Source of the DNA: Myxococcota bacterium
Lineage (GTDB): Bacteria > Myxococcota_A > SURF-8
NCBI GenBank assembly: GCA_965140415.1
Contig: OZ223209.1
Span: 3,744,001 to 3,808,000, forward strand
Reading direction: 5' to 3'
Length of the DNA: 64,000 nucleotides
Part shown: positions 56,579 through 64,000 of the stretch, one piece after another
How the letters are laid out: every line of letters begins with the position of its first letter
Numbering within the stretch: the first letter of the stretch is position 1
The notes under the pieces: generated by a model
The model's database searches: none
What the model was told of the DNA's origin: nothing
The model's input: the letters and a program-made list of their open reading frames with translations, nothing else
Position numbers and translations under genes: made by a program

Positions 56579-57783
56579 TTCCATCTCCAGGCTCCGAATA
56601 ACTTCCCTTTGGGGTTTGGTAACCCATGTGGTGCCCATTGAGGTCCATTGTAATCAAGCCAAATTGGGCGATTTGAAATGCTCCATGGATTGTCAGGATA
56701 GATCTCAATCGTATCCGCACCTTCCAATATCGCTATGGCGTCATGATATTGTCTTGGATCACCAGTAAGAATTACTGGAATACCAGGGCTTGCATGTTTT
56801 GCGAGCAGTTCCAATAGAAGGGATACATGCTCATCATTCTCAGAACTTTGAGACTTGTCGAGTCTGGTAATATTTCTGTATTCGAAAATTGAATCTGGTG
56901 TCCCTGATACGTCTCTGTTAGCAAGATATTGTGCTGCTCCCCATGATGGGGAATCTGGAAGATTCACGATGATTGCTGCCCAGTCCTCCGGCTGAAGTTC
57001 TGGGTTGGAATCTATAAATCCTGGAATCTGATATATCCTGTGATTTCTTACTATTAATGATAAAACTTGCAGGATAGATCCGAACCCGCAACCGATGCAT
57101 AATATCGCAAGATCACTATCACTATCTAGGGTCAAATACTCACGAGAATGTTTATCAACTAGGCCATTTTGAGAGGAATCAATAATTTCAGATACCAGGA
57201 GTATACTTTCTATAGGGGGACGGATGCAATCACAACTATAGATGGAAGTGAATCGTTTTGGCTGCAAATTACAAAGGAAAACTCCATTTTCAGCTATAGG
57301 TTTGTTTGGAATTTGGTAACCATTAAGAGCAGGTAAATCAGAGGAACTGAATCCGTAAAATTCTTTTCCACGGAGTATCTTTTTTTGATTGGTAACATCA
57401 TCAAAGTATTCAATGAAAGGTGCCCCTGACTTGAAATATGTTGGAACTTCATCAAAAATAGTGGAAACCTTCCGCGCCTGTTCAAACATCGCTCTTTCAA
57501 TCCCAAACTTGGCCAATACTTTGGGATTGGGTTCATGTCGATACACGGATTCAATAGCTCCGAGAGTAAATGATTTTAAGAATTGTTTTGTTGATGGCGA
57601 AATAAAACGGCGATGGCGTGTAAGTTCTAATTCTACAACTTGATTTAATGAAAAAGGTCCTTCGTCCAATACCCTGAATCTATTAGGGCCATCAAGCAGG
57701 CTTGAGATTGAATCGTCCATGTTCTCATAGGCTCTATGAAGAATGTCCACTCGCTGTCTCATCTCTATAGAATTTCTTCGCAT
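56575..57783 (-). CDS. Hypothetical protein with degenerate SAM-methyltransferase-like C-terminal half
   Basis: ILCIGCGFGS (motif I-like) and AIIVNLP (motif IV-like); GGAGG RBS; stop overlaps the RT start. Confidence 0.6.
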   Translation of the reverse strand: MRRNSIEMRQRVDILHRAYENMDDSISSLLDGPNRFRVLDEGPFSLNQVVELELTRHRRFISPSTKQFLKSFTLGAIESVYRHEPNPKVLAKFGIERAMFEQARKVSTIFDEVPTYFKSGAPFIEYFDDVTNQKKILRGKEFYGFSSSDLPALNGYQIPNKPIAENGVFLCNLQPKRFTSIYSCDCIRPPIESILLVSEIIDSSQNGLVDKHSREYLTLDSDSDLAILCIGCGFGSILQVLSLIVRNHRIYQIPGFIDSNPELQPEDWAAIIVNLPDSPSWGAAQYLANRDVSGTPDSIFEYRNITRLDKSQSSENDEHVSLLLELLAKHASPGIPVILTGDPRQYHDAIAILEGADTIEIYPDNPWSISNRPIWLDYNGPQWAPHGLPNPKGKLFGAWRWK

Positions 57784-57826
57784 TGTTTATATCTGCCTCC
57801 TGAGTCTTATACCTGAATCCTCTATA

Positions 57827-58192
57827 TCAGAATCCGTATGCTTTCAACTGGTCAACAGGGATTACATTCCAAAATCCCTTGTGCCAAACAATGGCTCCAC
57901 CACCGCATTTCAGTGCCTTAGCTGCTTCAATTGCAGCTTCTATGTCATTGAATTTAAGTTCGTTGGGGATGCGGAATGGCAGGTCAAATTCAACCTCTGG
58001 TTTACCCTTCATCGCATTGAGGACTTCAATAAGTTTAAAACGAACAACTTGATGACCCGAGCGATAGGATGGGATCCGTCCATCCCGGGCCATCCGTAAA
58101 ATGCTACCCGGGTGAAGACCGATTTTCTCCGCGAGTTGCTCTGCAGTTAATAATTCGTCGAAATGGTTATCGTTATGCATTTCTCTATTCAT
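57827..58192 (-). CDS. Excisionase/MerR-like HTH protein
   Basis: LLTAEQLAEKIGLHPGSILRMARDGRIPSYRSG...VRF. Confidence 0.85.
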   Translation of the reverse strand: MNREMHNDNHFDELLTAEQLAEKIGLHPGSILRMARDGRIPSYRSGHQVVRFKLIEVLNAMKGKPEVEFDLPFRIPNELKFNDIEAAIEAAKALKCGGGAIVWHKGFWNVIPVDQLKAYGF

Positions 58193-58200
58193 TTCCGGAC

Positions 58201-58256
58201 TCCTCCATAGATTTCTGTCAATCAACGTCTACTATCTATGGAGGAATATCTATAGA
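58201..58256. promoter_or_regulatory. Operator-like inverted repeat covering the RBS of the HTH gene
   Basis: Perfect 12-bp IR TCCTCCATAGAT / ATCTATGGAGGA plus a third ATCTATAGA box. Confidence 0.65.
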
Positions 58257-58283
58257 ATATTGAGGTACTTGAGTTGCAATAAT

Positions 58284-58964
58284 CTAATTGTCACTAAGCA
58301 TCAGAAACGAATTGCTGTCCGTATATATTCGGGGCGTTTCAAACGTGACCTTAAATGCCAATCCGTGTTTATTAATAATTTCACCTGTCAGTGGATCGAA
58401 TACGAGAGAGCAATCAATTCTGACGCATCGTAAAAGTTTTTTGAGATGGCGTTCAAAAGCTGTTGGGGTTTCAAAAAAATAAACAACGTGATGGTCACTA
58501 TATTTTTTATCGAATAAGAACCAGATACTTTTGTAGTTGCCAACAAAATATGTCTCTACCCAAAGTTCATTTTCATGAAATTTGTATACATTGTAGGGAG
58601 TGGCATCTTGTATCGATGAGTTCCTGTTGTTCAGGTCAGAAATGAAGTAATTCAACTTTTGTGTTTGGATTTCATTTAATTTTTCTGGTTCGATCCTCGA
58701 TATATGATAATGAATCGCGTCTAGTTTGTCGCGATCGATTATTGTTACAACGCTGTACTCATGCGAGATCGTATTTAGCGCTATAAATGAAGGATTGACG
58801 ACTCTACAGTTTTCTGGCAACGCGGCAGTTCTTTTTCTCGGACTTGTGAATTTTATGAGTTTGTCCCTTGTTTTCTTGTCACTTGGACCACAAATAATTT
58901 TTTCCAACCCATATTGTTTGAATATGTAGATCGTTTCTCTTTTTGTTTTCAAAATAACCTCCAA
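58284..58964 (-). CDS. Hypothetical protein
   Basis: 226-codon ORF in AT-rich DNA, co-oriented with the module; start uncertain. Confidence 0.6.
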   Translation of the reverse strand: MEVILKTKRETIYIFKQYGLEKIICGPSDKKTRDKLIKFTSPRKRTAALPENCRVVNPSFIALNTISHEYSVVTIIDRDKLDAIHYHISRIEPEKLNEIQTQKLNYFISDLNNRNSSIQDATPYNVYKFHENELWVETYFVGNYKSIWFLFDKKYSDHHVVYFFETPTAFERHLKKLLRCVRIDCSLVFDPLTGEIINKHGLAFKVTFETPRIYTDSNSFLMLSDN

Positions 58965-59323
58965 TTGTTTATATTGTTAAATGATCGAATGGAAGAAATT
59001 GCTTGATTCTTCCGACTGTTCTCTCTAATACCCTTTTGGGGGGAACCTAATATTCTCCTCATTTTATTCATGAGCAATCAGGGACCATAAATCTTGAACG
59101 TTCATAAATATTTTGATGGGATGATAAGCATAAATACTTTAACCCCCTGAATTGACAATGAATATAGCTGTGGTTTACACAGATTATCCCTGGCCGATTC
59201 TGCGCGACACTGTTTGATAATTTGAAAAGGGGGGGTTAAAGGGGGTCGAGACCGTTTGTAGAAGTGGTGCCCCTTATTTATAATCACCTGAATTCAGTCG
59301 AGTTCCAAATCGGCAGATTGAAC

Positions 59324-61105
59324 TCAGGATTTAATTATAGGCAATTTCTGCACTTTCTCAAATCGCGTATGGATCATCACGCTTTTAAAGTGAGCTGGAA
59401 CAATCCACAATTCTTTAATCCATTTTTTTCCTGACATTCGATTCACGGGTTGCATATAGAACCAGTTTGAATTGCTGTACAAGTTTCGAATCATCCCATC
59501 TTTATCATCGCCATAGGTCAATAGGAATGGGTGGCGAGTTTCTTCCAACATATCCCGAAGAAGGAAGTGGTCATCTTCTGTAAACTCATTGGGATAGAAC
59601 TTCTTTCTCGTTCCATCTGCGACATACGGAGGATCGGCGAAAATAAAGCATGAATTAGGTCGATCAATGGCGTCTTTATAAGACTCCAGATGGCATCGAT
59701 TGCCAACGACACGATCATAAACCAAATCGTTCAAAACTGTTATGTGGTCGCAGAAGTTATCGGGCTTCCACCGATCTTTAATCCATCTTTTTGTCGGTTT
59801 TCCTCCGAATTCCCCGAATCCGTTGGGACCTGTTTTCTGGACCATAAACTTGGCAAAGGCTAATTTTGAAAGATATGGGATCAGTTGAGGTATTTCAAAT
59901 AGGGGCTTTTTCAGGTCATCCTCATCTAGTTCTTCCTCTACAATCTCGTTCACAATCTGATCGAAATATTTGTATTTTTTATCTTCGTCAACGAGAAGAA
60001 AATACATTTCATCAGCCGTTTCCTTGGTGAGTTCATAACTAGAAATATAGTCCATAAGGGGCTTTGGATCCTGAATGACAGCTGTAATATAAGCAACCAG
60101 TGGAAAATTCAGATCACTTAGCCTGACCTTTGGGGCTATTCCATTCTTTAAAACATTGATCGAAACAGAACCGCCACCAATGAAAGGTTCCCTGAATTCG
60201 AAATCAAAACCGAGCCCCGATTCTCGAATGATAGCATTGATTAGGACAAGGATATCTTTGATTCCTCGTGTTTTACCTCCTGTGTACGGGACGAAACCGT
60301 TGATCGTGGTGAACATCCTATGATTTATTTCATCTTCTAGAGTGTTTCTTGTTGCTTTGAGCATTTCGGACGAAATGTTTTTATCGAGGGACAAACCTGA
60401 TATCTGTCCATGGAGTTTAGACCATTCCAGTATTTTGATGACTTTTGGGGAAACACCTTTTTGTTCAGGTTGTACTTCCTGTAACGCTTTTGAGATACGG
60501 ATGCCTTTCTGACTTGCAATCCGAATGGTTCTGGTTCGGGTTCTCTTATCGAGTTTCGAAAGCCTCAGGGCTTCAGGCATTGATTTAACCACTCCGGACA
60601 CCACTGCTTTGACAACATCCGGGGCCGTTTCTGCGATATTTTTCGCTTGCCTTATTGTTTCGCTGGAAACTCCTACCTTTTTACCTGCAATCTGAATGGC
60701 TTCTCCCTTATCCGAACCCTCCGCAAAATTTTGTGGAGGGTTCTCTGTCCCAGATTTCATTCGTCTCAAGGCTTTTTCTTTTTCGTGCGGCAGCAACTGG
60801 ACCGCAAGTATCGCCCGCTGTGCTGTAGTTAAATGGCGGCGAGTTAGGTTCAGGCTTGTGGCGTAGTCTAATGCTTCTGCCTCTGTCCCTTTGAATTCTT
60901 CAAATCGGGGAGTTACTCCAGCAATTTGACATGCTCGAAAACGGTTTCGTCCATCAAGTATCGAGCCTTTATAAAGAATTATTGGGTGAATCTGACCATG
61001 TTCTTGAATATCCAAAACTAGTGCCTCAAGATCATCTCCTTCAAGCAGAGGGAAAAATTCACTGTAGGCGTGAAACGAGTATGTTTTTTTCTGTTGTTTT
61101 GCCAT
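59324..61105 (-). CDS. ParB N-terminal-like domain fused to a Dam-type (D12 class) DNA adenine methyltransferase
   Basis: GQIHPII...ILDGRNRFRAC...NLTRRHLT; PYTGGKT, EPFIGGGSV, SDLN, FADPPY, FLLTY. Confidence 0.85.
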   Translation of the reverse strand: MAKQQKKTYSFHAYSEFFPLLEGDDLEALVLDIQEHGQIHPIILYKGSILDGRNRFRACQIAGVTPRFEEFKGTEAEALDYATSLNLTRRHLTTAQRAILAVQLLPHEKEKALRRMKSGTENPPQNFAEGSDKGEAIQIAGKKVGVSSETIRQAKNIAETAPDVVKAVVSGVVKSMPEALRLSKLDKRTRTRTIRIASQKGIRISKALQEVQPEQKGVSPKVIKILEWSKLHGQISGLSLDKNISSEMLKATRNTLEDEINHRMFTTINGFVPYTGGKTRGIKDILVLINAIIRESGLGFDFEFREPFIGGGSVSINVLKNGIAPKVRLSDLNFPLVAYITAVIQDPKPLMDYISSYELTKETADEMYFLLVDEDKKYKYFDQIVNEIVEEELDEDDLKKPLFEIPQLIPYLSKLAFAKFMVQKTGPNGFGEFGGKPTKRWIKDRWKPDNFCDHITVLNDLVYDRVVGNRCHLESYKDAIDRPNSCFIFADPPYVADGTRKKFYPNEFTEDDHFLLRDMLEETRHPFLLTYGDDKDGMIRNLYSNSNWFYMQPVNRMSGKKWIKELWIVPAHFKSVMIHTRFEKVQKLPIIKS

Positions 61106-61238
61106 AATTCTGCCTTTATCAGAAGAAATGGAGATTCGTATAATAGTATGGTGCCCTTTGGCCGTCAAACAACAATAATATATCTGCTTTTTGCGTCAGA
61201 ATTTATTTCAAAACGTTCATCAGCTCTGATAGAATTCC

Positions 61239-61440
61239 TTTGTCCATAGCAGATCCGATTCCATCCTGCCCCCGGGGCTGACGGACTGGTTACCCGTGAT
61301 CGGATGGATCGAACAGGTTATGGACAGACAAACAGCCTAGCTTGACGCACACCCATATGCGCCAGGCTAACCACCTGTGTGCCTCTAGGGCGGGGCGCAC
61401 GGAATGGGCTAGGCTGGTTTCGTGTTGCCCTGTTTTTTTT
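61239..61440 (+). ncRNA. Candidate structured non-coding RNA of unknown family
   Basis: GC-rich intergenic segment folding into two adjacent multibranch domains with G-U pairs on the + strand, ending in T8. Confidence 0.5.
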
Positions 61441-61480
61441 GGGGCCTAACTCTTAATCCATAGCTGCCTGGGGTGTTGTC

Positions 61481-64000
61481 ATGAAAAGTATTTTCATAAT
61501 TTCTTTCGTACTCTTAACTCTAACCGGATGCAGCTCATCATTATCAACATCCTCACATTATTCAGATGGAGATGAATGTTCTACAGGCTCACTCGGTTGC
61601 CCCTGTTACGGTAACGGCACCTGTGATAATGACCTCTCCTGCGTGGACGACACTTGTGTAGATCCGACAAACCTTGATGGTGATCTGGATTATGATCATG
61701 AATCCTATGCCGATGCTGAGAATGTATTAGACAGTGATACCGATAATCTACTGTGTGTGAGTGGAGAATGTTGTCAAGACGGCCTCCCTGTACCAACTGG
61801 TGAACCCTGTCTTACCGGGCAGGATTCATTAGATTGTACCGATGATGTTTGCAATGCCAATCATGCCTGTGTTCACAACCTGCAAGAAGGAAAATGTCTG
61901 ATTCAAAATATCTGTTATGACTCCAACGAGGATAATCCATCGACCTTCTGTCAATTCTGTGACCCATTGACTAATCAACACGAATGGCAGAATAAACAGA
62001 ATTATCTATCCTGCGATGATGAGGATCCATGCTCTACAGACAGTGAATGTCAGGACGGAATCTGCACGGGTATGGCATGGGTGGAGAATGATTGTTCTGA
62101 ATACATGGAATGCGGAACTAGCCCTAGTGGCTGTTATAACTGCGGAACTTGCGATGTGGAAACACAGATTTGTTGGGAGTGTGATTCAAGCATTCAGTCA
62201 TGCTGGCCGGGTGAAGGTATTGACACCAAAATCTGTGCACCTGACAAAGGAGGATCGTGTGGAGATATGAGCGGACTACAGGCGGGAAGTCCCTGGCCGA
62301 TGTTTGGAGGGTGCCCTACTCATCAGGGTCGGAGTAATTATGCAGGACCCCAAACGCCAGTGTTAAAATGGAAACGTCAGACGGAAGAAAGATTCTACAC
62401 AACTCCGATCCTTTCAAAGGAAGGTTATCTTTATGCAGGCAACTGGGGATACTCCATCTATTCATTATGGCCAAATGGCGCGATTCGCTGGAAAAACGTA
62501 GCTGGTCATTATGTTTCTTCTGTTGGCATGATCGGCATAAATGGGGATGTCTATTTCAATTCTTACGATGGAAATGATGCTATTTTCTCTTTCGATAGTT
62601 ATGGGAAAGAAAACTGGCGGCATCCGATGTCAGGTAAAATTCACCCATGGGGATTGACGATGCTCGATGGAGAGTATCTTCTCTATGGTGCGAATGCAGG
62701 GGTCGTTGCTGCCATTAGGTTAGATACTGGTGAGCAGGAATGGATGTTTGAAACAGGCGCAAGAGTGTTCTCCGTCGTTACGGATGCTCTTGATAATGTG
62801 TATTTCACCTCGAATGGAATATTGTATTGCCTCGATTCTGGGGGAAATCTTCTTTGGAACACGAATGATACGTTTGATTTTGAAGGCAATCCAGCTGTTG
62901 GAAAAGATGGAACCATCTATATCACGGGGGCGGAAAATGCCGGGATGTACGCAATTGATCAAGGGGGAACAGTAAAATGGACTTATTCGAGCAGCAGCTA
63001 TTCAAACAAACCGGCAATTGGGGATGACGGGACGATCTATTACGGGACTCGAAAGGTTGATGATTCAATTGAAGGAAAACTCTATGCCTTGTACCCAGAT
63101 GGCACTTTACGGTGGATATTCGATCTTGATGGTGACACGCGCTCAACTCCAACAATAGATGTCGAGGGTACCGTATATATAGGAAGCGGTACTGGTCGTC
63201 TCTACGCGGTTAATCCAGATGGTACTGAGAAATGGACATACGATACAGGTGCCGAAGTTCACGGAACAGTTGCAATCGACACAGAAGGAACGGTCTATTT
63301 CGGGTCATTGGATTGGTATCTCTATGCCCTCCAAGACGGTTGCACTCCCAACGAATCATGGTGTGGTGCGGACAACCTCTATACCTGTAACGAAACCGGG
63401 GATGGCTTGGCTGGCGATCCGGTAGATTGTCCCGGTGGATGCAACTGGGGAAGTTGCATGGATAAAGGGTCTATGCTTTCAGAAATTCGATATCACGGAG
63501 CAAGCATTCCCGTTTCCGATTCCATTGGATTTGACAGTCTGAATTTGACGATAGAATTTTGGCTGAAAACCGGATACCCCAAAACAATTCTTTACAAGGG
63601 CGAATATTTCAGAGACTCAACCAATTACACGGTTCGATTGCTAGATTGTGCCGATGATGATTCTTGTAATCTATTCTTTGGGATGCGTTACGAAGGGGTT
63701 GACTATTCATGGAGGGCACCGGTAGAAAAAGACCAAACGGTCTGGAGACATTTTGCTGTTGTGGCTGACAATGAAAGTCAGAGTCTGAAAATGTTTATGA
63801 ATGGTAGTGAGCTTACATTAACCGAGTTTCCTGAAAACTGGCCAGCAGGTATGCTTCGAACAAACGAGGCACTAAAGATAAATATGCTGGAAGGAATTTA
63901 CTATATCGACGAACTCCGTATTTCCGATGTCCCACGCTATTCAGAGAATTTCATTCCACCCCTACGTCATGTACCGGATGGCAATACCCAATTGCTACTT
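61481..64000 (+). CDS. Large lipoprotein with Cys-rich repeats, PQQ-like beta-propeller and LamG-like domain; 3'-partial
   Basis: MKSIFIISFVLLTLTGC lipobox; SPWPMFGG and DGTxxW propeller repeats; LTIEFW, WRHFAVV, IDELRIS; absent from the ORF track because it runs off the window. Confidence 0.8.
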   Translation, partial: MKSIFIISFVLLTLTGCSSSLSTSSHYSDGDECSTGSLGCPCYGNGTCDNDLSCVDDTCVDPTNLDGDLDYDHESYADAENVLDSDTDNLLCVSGECCQDGLPVPTGEPCLTGQDSLDCTDDVCNANHACVHNLQEGKCLIQNICYDSNEDNPSTFCQFCDPLTNQHEWQNKQNYLSCDDEDPCSTDSECQDGICTGMAWVENDCSEYMECGTSPSGCYNCGTCDVETQICWECDSSIQSCWPGEGIDTKICAPDKGGSCGDMSGLQAGSPWPMFGGCPTHQGRSNYAGPQTPVLKWKRQTEERFYTTPILSKEGYLYAGNWGYSIYSLWPNGAIRWKNVAGHYVSSVGMIGINGDVYFNSYDGNDAIFSFDSYGKENWRHPMSGKIHPWGLTMLDGEYLLYGANAGVVAAIRLDTGEQEWMFETGARVFSVVTDALDNVYFTSNGILYCLDSGGNLLWNTNDTFDFEGNPAVGKDGTIYITGAENAGMYAIDQGGTVKWTYSSSSYSNKPAIGDDGTIYYGTRKVDDSIEGKLYALYPDGTLRWIFDLDGDTRSTPTIDVEGTVYIGSGTGRLYAVNPDGTEKWTYDTGAEVHGTVAIDTEGTVYFGSLDWYLYALQDGCTPNESWCGADNLYTCNETGDGLAGDPVDCPGGCNWGSCMDKGSMLSEIRYHGASIPVSDSIGFDSLNLTIEFWLKTGYPKTILYKGEYFRDSTNYTVRLLDCADDDSCNLFFGMRYEGVDYSWRAPVEKDQTVWRHFAVVADNESQSLKMFMNGSELTLTEFPENWPAGMLRTNEALKINMLEGIYYIDELRISDVPRYSENFIPPLRHVPDGNTQLLL

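Larger units (their letters stand above)
27679..64000. mobile_element. Genomic (defence) island inserted in comM; right boundary not seen
   Basis: Truncated comM, abrupt drop in GC, and a cargo of nucleases, CRISPR-Cas, STAND-like NTPases, IS, Xis-like HTH, RT and ParB-Dam. Confidence 0.75.

Overview
The window has two parts. Bases 1 to about 27.7 kb are GC-rich chromosomal backbone of a Gram-negative bacterium; the acidic DGD-repeat lipoproteins and gene content suggest a deltaproteobacterium or Myxococcota-like host (inference only). This part holds an HD-GYP protein, a TetR-controlled RND/LolA-like operon, a sulfatase/phosphodiesterase/APS-kinase-like cluster, TcdA, TatD, an MFS transporter, a TrmO fusion, a GH92 mannosidase, a REP doublet and three copies of a ~100-bp inverted-repeat element. 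At about 27.68 kb comM/yifB is cut right after its Walker A motif and a mosaic, mostly lower-GC island begins. The island carries an McrA-like HNH nuclease, a thermonuclease plus a decayed copy, a complete type I-E CRISPR-Cas locus (16 repeats, 15 spacers), a NACHT-FGE protein, a 1723-aa ATPase-TPR protein, an IS3 element plus a solo copy of its end, and a minus-strand mobile-element module. That module runs ParB-Dam fusion, hypothetical, Xis-like HTH, methyltransferase-fold protein, reverse transcriptase, and small genes. The best candidate for an undescribed system is the 760-aa group II-like reverse transcriptase. It is translationally coupled to the methyltransferase-fold gene, has no visible intron RNA, retron or DGR features, carries a run of hairpins inside its own ORF, and has a highly structured ~200-nt ncRNA candidate a few kb away. 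No integrase and no 3' half of comM are visible, so the far end of the island is probably outside the window. All calls come from reading motifs by eye; no database searches were run.
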